Below, piece by piece: positions 53,482 to 64,000 of a DNA stretch of 64,000 bases; position 1 is the stretch's first letter, and each line of letters begins with the position of its first letter. The notes below the pieces were generated by a model. The model was not told the DNA's origin, did not search any database, and worked only from the letters and a program-made list of their open reading frames with translations. The translations under genes and the position numbers were made by a program. Source of the stretch: Octopus bimaculoides (lineage: Eukaryota). The DNA lies in assembly GCF_001194135.2 (NCBI RefSeq), contig NC_068984.1:32705017-32769016 (forward strand), given 5' to 3'.

Positions 53482-53594
53482 TTCATCCTTTCGGGGGTTG
53501 ATGAAATAAGTTCCATTTGAGCACTGGGTTCCATGTAATCGACTGGTCCCCTCCCCAAATTTTAGGCCTTATGCCTATAGTAGAAAGGAATAAG

Positions 53595-53647
<53 letters not shown>

Positions 53648-53661
53648 CATCATCATCATCA

Positions 53662-53731
<70 letters not shown>
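53480..53731 (+). mobile_element. SINE family B 3' half with (ATT/ATC)n tail
   Basis: ctttcatcctttcgggggttgatgaaataagttccatttgagcactggg..gtaatcgactggtcccctccccaaattttaggcctt..tagaaagga, followed by an (ATT)n tail; the tRNA head is absent. Confidence 0.8.
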
Positions 53732-53732
<1 letters not shown>

Positions 53733-56700
53733 GCTGTTGTTGTTATTGTTATTGCCACGTTATTTTGATAAATTGTGTGTCGTGTGTTTCTATTATTAGT
53801 TTTCAGTTGCGGATTTTGTAACATAGGTATAATCAACAAGTGATACTTCTGCTTTTCCCTTTGATATATTTTCAGTTATTTACTAATATGATTACAGTCT
53901 GTCTCCACATCATATACAGGCGTTACGAGTCTCCTATTGCGTGAGCTGTTACAATTAGGTCTTATCTTGTAATCTAGATTTAGAATCTACTCTTAATTTA
54001 GGAAGGGATTCTTGTTAAACTGCATTTACATCTGAGTCAGGATATTTGATTAACCTTGTTTTCTGTGACATTTATTTAACCCGGACTTATCTTATTTTAT
54101 TATTTTTTTTGCCTTTCGTTCCATACATTTATTGAAAGGGTTTTTTTTTCTCGCTTTGATCTTTATCTGTTCCAGATACCGTTTTTTTACCTATCGTTTT
54201 CTTGGAAACAGTTAACAATTTCCTGTGTTTGTTATTTTCGGTATGTGCCATAGATATTCATATATTTATATATACTTAGTTTTCTCATTATTTTCTTTTC
54301 TTCATATTTTGATTGTCAAATGTAATGGCAGATGTTCATTTCATGTTTCTTTACTAATTGATTTCGCAAACTAGATTTTTCTTGGTATATCTTCACTAAA
54401 TAATTTTTATGACAAGGCACGGGATAAAAGTCTCAGGAGAGCGAGGACATAGATAATTAAGGTTACAAATCGAGGGAAGGAACAAAATGAAACAATTAAT
54501 GAAACACTTTTCTTTTCCTTACACCTTTATAAATAACATAGCTGCAGAGGATTTGGGGTCAGAAATATTTCTATTGGATAAATAGGTGTTTCTGAAGCAA
54601 TCTCCAACTGAATCCAGATATGCTGTTAAATTTCACCGGCTACATCAGTTTTCTATACATATTACGTTGATCTTTCACAAACAATGTAGTTTTCCTTAAT
54701 TTTATGTCCTGGTATGACTTTCGAGCAATGAACCAGTGTGTGAAAAATGCTTTATTATAACTCTTCCCTTGCATAAAGTATAGCAAACATCTATGAATTT
54801 GACTGATTTTGTGCATTTGTTAGTTTAATTGTAGTCAGATTTCGGCTAAAATAGGAATGTATTTTTGCCTACGATAGAGTAAATACGAAAGGAGGCCAAG
54901 GGTTGCTTTATTCTATTGATATAGAATCTTGAACACAACATGGTGTGCAGCTCATATACATATAACATGATATCCCTAAAAGACATCAAATATCATTATG
55001 AAGGAAGAAATCTGTGTTTCTTAGACATCCATAAATGCTTTAGCGTTTGGCAATCCCTTTTTATACTCGAACAGTAATCAAGTATCATATTCACATCTCA
55101 TCTCCCTTGATATCTCTCCCCAATTACCTTCATATATGTTGGTGGTATATTACTCTCTTTTCATCACTGATATCACCCAAATTCTATGGAATTTGATGCA
55201 AGTGACAGAATAGAAATATTTCTTGAACGTCATTTTGAATCCCAGCGAACGAAAAGACCAGGAAACTTTTTCAATAGTTTCCTTGTAATTGGCTGCTTAG
55301 TTGTTGCCAAGAAAGTTCATTTTTTTTTAGGGATGTCATCTTATGCATATAATTTGCTGTCTTTTGTTGAGTTCAAGATTCTGTATCAGTAGAATAGAAC
55401 AAACCTTGACCTCTTTTTATTTTTTCCTTTATCGTAGGCAAATTTGGCCGAAACTTAACAACAATTAAACTATCTATGCACGATAATCAGGTATATTTAT
55501 AATTTTACTATATTTTATGCAAGTAAAGAATGATAATGAAGCATCTTGCACGCTTTAGCACGCTGCTCCAAAGTTAGAGTAGGGCATACAATCTGTGAAA
55601 ACGAAGAAAGTGGTGAGTATACAAAAAACCTGAAGTGATTGGTGAATAGAATAACATATCTGGATTTAGCTTTAAAAAATGCTTCAGAAACATTTGTCTA
55701 TCTAAAACAAATCTTTCCGTATCCAAATTATGTAGACCTGTGTAATATATAATTTAGTCGTTAATATTTATTTCTACACTGAATACTGAGATATAGGTTT
55801 AGAATATTTCTGAATAGGGAAGCCCATTTTCACGTTTTGTGCCCTCTCAAGTGCATTCAATTTGAAATATCTATTACTTTTTACCTTTACCTAATTCCTT
55901 TATTTCAGTGTGTGCTTAACCTTATATCGCTCACTTCTAAAAGCAACATTGCCACATTTACTAATTGAATAGTTGTGTGGCATATCATTGGATTCTTCTT
56001 TCAAGGATAAAGTTTTGTTGAATTGTTACCAAGCCTTTTCCGTATGGGTTAGCATGTTTTTGTTTCAAACCTTATTATGAAGTTGTTTGATCTTTTCCAC
56101 AATGCCTTACGTTAAAAAACAGAAATTTATTATTGTTAGTAATATTTTGAAATGTTTTCAAGAATTCCCATTGATAAAATAGACTCACCCAATAGACTTG
56201 AACATTCCAAATCCAAAGTATGTTTATTGTTGTATTTCAGATGATAGTTAAAACATTTTGGATTTTTCGTTACACAATATCAGTACTTGTGTCATTTCAT
56301 GCAACCGTTAAAGGGAAATGTGCCTTCATCATGTTGCAAACTTCCGATAAATGAAACAAATTGACCCTCAGCTGTATGTAACGTTAACACAGTCTCACAA
56401 TATTGTATTGGACAACGATAACCGACTTCTGTCAACTCTAGATTGAAACGAGGAATATACTGATAAAAGTTTAGCCGCTTCTGTATTCGGTGATGTGTTG
56501 ACCTACCGATATTCAAAGAGAAAGAAGCTAGAGATATTGATGTTTGCTTGCAAGTAACAATGAAATTACTGACACGTTCTCTTGATTGTTCTGCTGTAAC
56601 TTCAAAGGGACAGTATTTCGCTTTTTATCTGTTATACTGGATTTCGTCAAGTTTACAGAATTATATGTTATTGAGCTTTGTGATACGGCTTGAGGTGATT

Positions 56701-57588
56701 GAACTCTTTCCCCGAGAGAAATGACTATTGGAAGAAGATGTAAATACCCAGAGACGCTTGTTTCATGAAATATTGATAGTAAAGTGGGTGCTAACACAGT
56801 TGGTGCAGTATGCCAAAAAATTTAATCAAATAAAATTACACACATATTGATGAGAAATCACTCACAACATTAATGAATGACTCCGATCAAGAAAAACAGC
56901 TGAGAGAAAGCTGGAATTTAAATTAAGATTTATTAAATCCAGAATGCAAAATGTATTAAATTAAAGATACAGAGTGATCTTTGATAATTTTCATCATGCG
57001 GTCAATGATCAAGCTCTCCACTTTGTTCTAGTTTAAATTTAAATTCCGAGTTTGTCTACCTTGATTTTTTGATCAGGGTAAGTTATTATGTTAATAGATG
57101 TTTTTTTATGTTTCTCTCCCCCTCTGCCTGTACATANNNNNNNNNNNNNNNNNNNNNNNNNNNNNNNNNNNNNNNNNNNNNNNNNNNNNNNNNNNNNNNN
57201 NNNNNNNNNNNNNNNNNNNNNNNNNNNNNNNNNNNNNNNNNNNNNNNNNNNNNNNNNNNNNNNNNNNNNNNNNNNNNNNNNNNNNNNNNNNNNNNNNNNN
57301 NNNNNNNNNNNNNNNNNNNNNNNNNNNNNNNNNNNNNNNNNNNNNNNNNNNNNNNNNNNNNNNNNNNNNNNNNNNNNNNNNNNNNNNNNNNNNNNNNNNN
57401 NNNNNNNNNNNNNNNNNNNNNNNNTTGTGTGTGTGTGTTCCAGTGGGATTGCACTATCCGAAAGCTACACGAATGCGAGGAAGTATATAGTGACCAGCAG
57501 TATATAACAATGTCCCATAGTCTGATCAAAATAGTGTTACACTGATACATGTATGCATGTATGAATGTATGTATGTATGTATGTATGT

Positions 57589-57644
<56 letters not shown>

Positions 57645-58772
57645 ATAGATAGACAGATATACAATATACATATGTTAATTTGTATGTACGCCTTACGTCA
57701 AGGGACTTTGTATATGCACATGTACGCAGATATATCGAGAGTATTTGCGAATATACGTGTATTTGAAATTTGTAATGAAACAACCCGGAAAATTTGTTTG
57801 TCATTTGTTGGCTTTTAAAGTTCGGAAGTTTATCTGACATAGAAACACTTCAATTTATCAAATCTTCAATCTCTTAATCTGATATGATTCCCTGAAGGTA
57901 CTTTAAAGGATTATGTAAGCATTTAGCTGATGGACTTTCCTACAGCTGCAGGCGTAAAAGAAAAAAAATGACGCAAAAATAAATATAAATGGAAAAAAAA
58001 TACAAATTTGAAATTTTTAAGAAATCAGTGTTTTTACAGCAACAGTACAATTACACAGTAGACGTAATGGTTGATTTCTCAATCATAGATGATTCCCGGA
58101 GAAATTCGATTTTATTGATTATTTCTTCTAACCAAAGAAAGAAACAAGCTGATGGCGTAGACACCCGCGTGCGCTCACACACATACAGAAGCACACACAC
58201 ACAAGCACAAACGTCTATGAACGTTAAGTACGCATGTATATATATATATATANNNNNNNNNNNNNNNNNNNNNNNNNNNNNNNNNNNNNNNNNNNNNNNN
58301 NNNNNNNNNNNNNNNNNNNNNNNNNNNNNNNNNNNNNNNNNNNNNNNNNNNNNNNNNNNNNNNNNNNNNNNNNNNNNNNNNNNNNNNNNNNNNNNNNNNN
58401 NNNNNNNNNNNNNNNNNNNNNNNNNNNNNNNNNNNNNNNNNNNNNNNNNNNNNNNNNNNNNNNNNNNNNNNNNNNNNNNNNNNNNNNNNNNNNNNNNNNN
58501 NNNNNNNNNNNNNNNNNNNNNNNNNNNNNNNNNNNNNNNNNNNNNNNNNNNNNNNNNNNNNNNNNNNNNNNNNNNNNNNNNNNNNNNNNNNNNNNNNNNN
58601 NNNNNNNNNNNNNNNNNNNNNNNNNNNNNNNNNNNNNNNNNNNNNNNNNNNNNNNNNNNNNNNNNNNNNNNNNNNNNNNNNNNNNNNNNNNNNNNNNNNN
58701 NNNNNNNNNNTATATATATATATATATATATATGCATAGATAGATAGACAGATATATACATATATACATACA

Positions 58773-58824
<52 letters not shown>

Positions 58825-59822
58825 GATAGATAGATTGATTGATTGTTTAATTGATTGATTGTTAAATAAACTGATAAATAGACTGATAGAGAGACAAATA
58901 GACAGGAGGCAAAAGACAGACAGACAGATAGATCGATAGATATTAACCATATAAACACACACACACATGCACACACACGTATTCACAAATTTAAATACAT
59001 GTAAAATATGCTCTAAGCGACGTTCTCATACGAACACAGCGACCGCATTTAGAATATTCTATTTTGCTAATATACGTATACCGATGCTTATACATACGCA
59101 CGTTGTGGAATTATTTCTCTTGACGAATTGTCGTACTGAATATATGTAATAAACGTTGTAATAGAATATACGTGAAATATAATTTCACCAAAACTTAAAA
59201 AAGATAAATTTTAATGAGGACAATTTAACTGGACTTTATGTTTTAAACATCGCAGCTATAGAATTGTAAACTTTCAACGCACTTTACCCTCTTGACTCGT
59301 GAAAAAATGCTTGATGGAATACTTCTTGATTTCAAACGAATTTCATCATATGCAGCCCGCATTGCGATATGGTATCTTCATCATCAGCTGTGTCGACTAG
59401 ATCTCGCATTGGAATGGGCAACTTCTGGTAGCATCGAATCCTGGAATAATACCATTTATGGAACTCATTATGGCACAATATTCACCCCGTTGCTCATACA
59501 GTCACCTCAACAAGCTTGCTGTAACTACAACACTCTTGATGCAACTACTAGTTTCGTTTGTTACTCGGTGAGAATATTTTCTTTGCTCTTAATTTTGCGC
59601 TTTCTCTCCTATGTCTCTGAGATATCAATAATGAAGCGTTTTCTATCTTGCGGACACACGTGCAGCAATTCTTATGTCTGCAGACAGTTAGACATTATGG
59701 ATTTAAAAACAAATACACACGTCACCTCTGTTTCAAACATCGTGCAATGCTATCCTCATGCCTCACCGAGAGACATCGTGGATTTAAAAACAAATACACA
59801 CACCTTACCTGTGTTTTAAACA

Positions 59823-59938
59823 TTCCGGGTTCAGTTCCACTATATGGCACCTTCGGTAAGTGTCTCCTACTATAGCCTCGAGCCGACCAAAGCCTTGTGA
59901 TTGGATTTGGAACCCAGAAACTGAAAGAAGCTTATCGT
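59823..59938 (+). mobile_element. SINE family A head fragment
   Basis: ttccgggttcagttccactatatggcaccttcggtaagtgtc..tatagcctcgagccgaccaaagccttgtga..gaaactgaaagaagc. Confidence 0.75.
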
Positions 59939-60065
59939 ATGCATGTATTTATATGTACATACGATTTTATTATCCTAGCTACAACAATAAAATTTACACA
60001 CGCTGTCACTACACACACATCCACCCACTTATAGTTATATAGTTACAATAGGTGTGATGAAGAGT

Positions 60066-60067
<2 letters not shown>

Positions 60068-60150
<83 letters not shown>
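60068..60150. repeat. (GA)n microsatellite
   Basis: Directly visible. Confidence 0.95.
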
Positions 60151-60153
<3 letters not shown>

Positions 60154-61010
60154 TTTTGTGAGAGGGTGATCGAAAAATAATAAGAAATATATGTCCGAGA
60201 GTGGTCTCTACATCAAACATTATTTTGCTTGCAATAGGTCGGATAAATTAGAACATATATACACACTGCATACTTATTTTACACGCGCACACATACATAT
60301 AACTCCATGTAGATACATTCATTCTAACACATTCTTACATATATACAGGCGTAAAAATTTAATGGCCGAAAGCAGTCTTCTGGCGGAGATGTTTGGTAGG
60401 AATAATTCCGGTATAGTCGGATAATACAACACTAATGGGACAACGTGCTGCGGACTTCCAGTTGGTTATATCCGGAATAGTAGTTGATAAGCTTCCGGTT
60501 CCACGGCTATTTATATCCGGCGTATGAATCCTTCCCAGGTACTTTGTTGAAATTACGCAGTCAACATTTACTTATTACTTACTTATTACATTGGTTCACA
60601 CGTACTTTTTACACTAGTTTTATTTTCTATGCAGAATGTTTAGTGGTATAGATAGGATTTAAAACTTGCCCTGGTTACAAAGTTTATATTGAGATTTTCC
60701 GTCGGCGTATTTATTACTTATTATGAAAATCGATTAAGATATTTCAAATTTACTGTAATTTTCTTTTAATTGCCGTATGTATCAGGATAAAGTAGTGACG
60801 TTCCTCTTAACGCATATAAACGAGGATTTATGATCTGAGTAATGACTTTTGAAAGACACTTCACACATACCACTTCAATGTTTATTAGTTGGTATACCCT
60901 GAAGGGAGCATGCACATTTACTTAGTAAATTGATATTTATGCGTTATGTTTACGGTCGATGGAGGGATATACTTGCTAAATTAACAAACACAGTAGTAGT
61001 ATCTTCAGTA

Positions 61011-61520
61011 TACACGGTCTGAGCAATAAGTATCCGGACTGTTACCATAATAATGAAGCTAAAGCACGCAGAGTAAAGCCACTTGGCACAAGTTGACCTT
61101 GAATGCTGTTGTGCATGTGCACTAAGCTTTAACGTTCTAGCTTACTTCTGCTGTTTACAGAAGTGCTTCGAAGTAACGTGTGTAGCGTGAGTTCGTCGCA
61201 TTGATCAAGACAAAGAAAGTGCAGCAGATAATCGGCATCAAATTTTGCCAAAAGCTTGGCGATACCTGCTCAAATGCCTACGCGAAGTTTTCAAAAAGTT
61301 TTCTTCGTACTCGACACAATCAAGGAGATTTTGTGCAACTGAAATCCAAGTGTCTTTTTGGTCAGCTGAAAACAGTTTTGGCACAAACTTGGCAGACACG
61401 TATCTCATACCGAAATCATCAGTGATAAAATACTGAACTGAACCGTAACTAATCTGCACATCCTCTGTTAACACACCGATGGGGATTCGCCGATTCCCCA
61501 CACAGCTTCACGTACATCTA
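61011..61520. mobile_element. Rearranged mariner remnant: 5' end on +, downstream transposase block inverted
   Basis: + strand: TIR-like tacacggtctgagcaataagtatccggact, then QQIIGIKFCQKLGDTCSNAYAK (mariner N-terminus). - strand 61520 down to 61285: DVREAVW/GNRRIPIGVLTEDVQISYGSVQYFITDDFGMRYVSAKFVPKLFSADQK..EENFLKT. Confidence 0.8.
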
Positions 61521-61755
61521 GCATTAAACTGCATGTTACTGTTGTCAGCCCACTTGTATAATGCATCTAACTCTTGTTGGAGGTGCATGCCCTGTTCAGG
61601 GTTTTATATTATCTGTGAAACTTTTTGTCATCTGCGCATCTTGTGCAGGTGTCTCTGTATGTAGATTAGTGCGTATATGAGAGAGCCCTTATGAAAAATA
61701 GTGGCCCCAAGACAGTGCCCTGTGGAATACTACTCGCTGTTTGTATTCCCTATCT
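61518..61755 (-). mobile_element. CR1/L2-type RT fragment (domains 4-6)
   Basis: Minus strand SSIPQGTVLGPLFFI, CADD/KVSQII*NPEQGMHLQQELDALYKWADNSNMQFNAR, matching GVPQGSVLGPLLF, YADDTK and LQxDLxxLxxWAxxxxMxFN. Confidence 0.8.
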
Positions 61756-62292
61756 TGATTTTTGTTGTCGATATATTTACGTAGATATATTGAACAATAT
61801 CAAGCTGCTGATTTTGATAACAGAAAATAATTCTGCTGGCTAATTTAAGGAATATGTTAAGAGACCTAAGAAATGAAAGCAATAAATAAATGCTTCAACT
61901 GTTGTGTAATTTTTTTATTTTTGCCTTTGTCATGTTGCATATATAATATACATGATATAATGTGTCGTTTTTTCTCTAGCGTACAAAATGTATAGATGTG
62001 TACACTAATATAATACTTCGGAATTTATCTTATACAAAAACTCTTTAATTGTTACATTTCTTTACAATTCTGAGTTAAATAACCACTGATATCAACGTCT
62101 GCATATAAATAAAAAGGAAAAATCTTTTCATCCTGCATTGGTGACATTTAAGTTGACAATGACGAAATCATGACGAAATCGAGACAGACGACAACATAAT
62201 TGAGAATGACGATAAGGAAATTGTAGCAGAAGATGACGAATTTGCAATCGATAATGTTGAAGTCGTGGTGGAAAATCTGTATGTACGACTGC

Positions 62293-62328
<36 letters not shown>

Positions 62329-62338
62329 NNNNNNNNNN

Positions 62339-62376
<38 letters not shown>

Positions 62377-63249
62377 TACACAAACAAGTAGACACGAGTG
62401 TATGTATCTAATCTATCATACATACATATATACATGCGTGCATCCGTGTGTATGAGAATGTTATTATGTGTGTGCGCCCGCGTGTGTAAGTGTGTGTGTG
62501 TACATATATATGTATGAATGTATGTGTGCGTATGTGTATGTGTAATGCTATGGGGTTGACAAAAGCTGTGTGGAAACATGTCAAATAAAGTCTATCTGTA
62601 GTTCAAATGGCTAACGTTGAGTCACACATTGTCTCACTAAGTTTCTGCCTGGAGGTTATATTACGCGGACAAGTGTCCGCATAGCAATCAATTGCATTCA
62701 CTATAACTCAATGATTAAGCAAAATGATAGATGGAACAACTGGGAAGCTTATTGTGGAAATGGACTGAGATTCATTTTCTTTCTACACTATGTATAAATG
62801 CAGTGGGGGAGAAAGAGAGAGAGATAGAGTGACTGAGCGTATGACTCTGTGTGCGCACGCGCGCGTGTCTGTATGTGACACCACGTGTATGTGCATGTGC
62901 GTAGATATGAGTGATCCATAACACTTGATTGAGAGTCACATACAGATGTATACATATACATTAAATTAAAACGCGCACACAGTCATATTTTACTTTTCAG
63001 AAAATGACTTACAGCAAATTTACTTTTCTGCAAAGCTTTAATTAGAAAATCTCAATTTCTCAATGTAGGTCTTCTTAGAAAGACTGTACTGGTGGTGTGA
63101 CCTGGTTTTGTTATATGGTATCAATCTAACTCTATCTCAAGGCAGATTTTGTGACCAGTAAACAATGTCTTAGTTTGATTAGAACATTCAGATTGAGTGC
63201 CTGTAGTTTTCTATAAGCTCATCTCTTTCCATTTCTTTATTTCTTCCCC

Positions 63250-63297
<48 letters not shown>

Positions 63298-63527
63298 GTG
63301 GGAAGCGTTTTAGCAATGTATTACCAAAAGGAAAACTATAATTGTCATTAAATATGACTGAGGGTGTTAGAACACCTACAATGCTAGTAATAAGAGCTAA
63401 AGCGCTATGATGCTGCAGTCAACGCACACAATTGTATATATACATACTGAGAGCAACTGTAAACGGCTGAAAGCGTAGTCGAAATATCCTTATAATGTCT
63501 GACACTTTCGGTTTCAATATATTTCTT

Positions 63528-63601
<74 letters not shown>

Positions 63602-63624
63602 AATCTATCTATCTATCTATCTAT
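63528..63624. repeat. (TATC)n microsatellite
   Basis: Directly visible. Confidence 0.95.
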
Positions 63625-63640
63625 CGTTTATGAGAAGTCT

Positions 63641-63952
63641 CATAGCTCAGTAGCTAGGCTATTCAGCTCCCGATCGTAAAGTCGGGTGATCAATTTCCGG
63701 CCGCACATTGTGTCCTTGGTCAAGACACTTTATCTCTCGTTGCTCTAGACCACTCAGATGACAAAAATGTGTTGTACATGTAATGAAAAGAACAAGCCTC
63801 ATCAAACTCTTTGTCATGCTGAACCTATCAGAGAAATACGTTAAAGGTACGCCTGTCTGCAGAGTACTCAGCCATTTGCATGTTAATTTCATGAGCAGGC
63901 CTTTCCGTTGATCGTGTCAACTGGAACACTCGTCGTCGTAAACCGACGGAGA
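63641..63952 (+). mobile_element. SINE family C, chimeric-looking copy
   Basis: Degenerate tRNA head (catagctcagtagctagg), CORE-like ttgtgtccttggtcaagacactttatct..cactcag, then a 3' body shared with 36685-37060. Confidence 0.75.
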
Positions 63953-64000
63953 TCCAGGCCATTAAACACACATATACATAACATACATGCATGCATATAT

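Noticed and set aside
56350-56830. Protein-like stretches in several frames (possible pseudogene)
   Set aside because: Multiple stops in every frame and no motif I can name; it needs a frameshift-aware search.
686-58986. Long ORFs of 100-434 aa in the track (e.g. 686-1648, 18158-19272, 37432-38773, 57989-58986)
   Set aside because: They are open only because they cross N-gaps and dinucleotide or tetranucleotide repeats; there is no real coding content.
62165-62290. Acidic reading DEIETDDNIIENDDKEIVAEDDEF with a possible donor
   Set aside because: No acceptor gives an open frame; it is consistent with a decayed (GAC/GAT)n repeat.

Overview
A 64 kb, AT-rich, microsatellite-dense eukaryotic scaffold window with 16 N-gaps, almost all abutting simple repeats. 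The SINE families and repeat landscape suggest an octopus (coleoid cephalopod) short-read assembly; this is an inference from recognition, not a database result. I could not support any intact protein-coding host gene, tRNA, rRNA or known miRNA, and the long entries in the ORF track are artefacts of N-gaps and microsatellites. The window looks intronic or intergenic and is a fossil record of transposons. Retroelements: a Penelope-like RT, an RTE 3' end, three CR1-type fragments, and an R4/Dong-clade LINE with CCHC knuckle and RLE. DNA transposons: one full-length but dead mariner, one rearranged mariner, and two MITEs. There are also many tRNA-derived SINEs: family A with an internal microsatellite, family B with a Deu/Nin-like domain, and family C with a CORE-like or alternative middle. 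The most notable structures are fold-backs: (i) a fold-back inversion that flips the RLE 'PD' motif of the R4-type LINE into a 28-bp-stem hairpin, (ii) a mariner whose middle is inverted at an approximately 15-bp inverted microhomology, (iii) a roughly 160-bp palindrome with perfect 46-bp arms inside a SINE, and (iv) a 610-bp MITE with roughly 180-bp TIRs. Module-swapped SINEs are also visible. I did not find a convincing novel biological system beyond these TE-derived structures.
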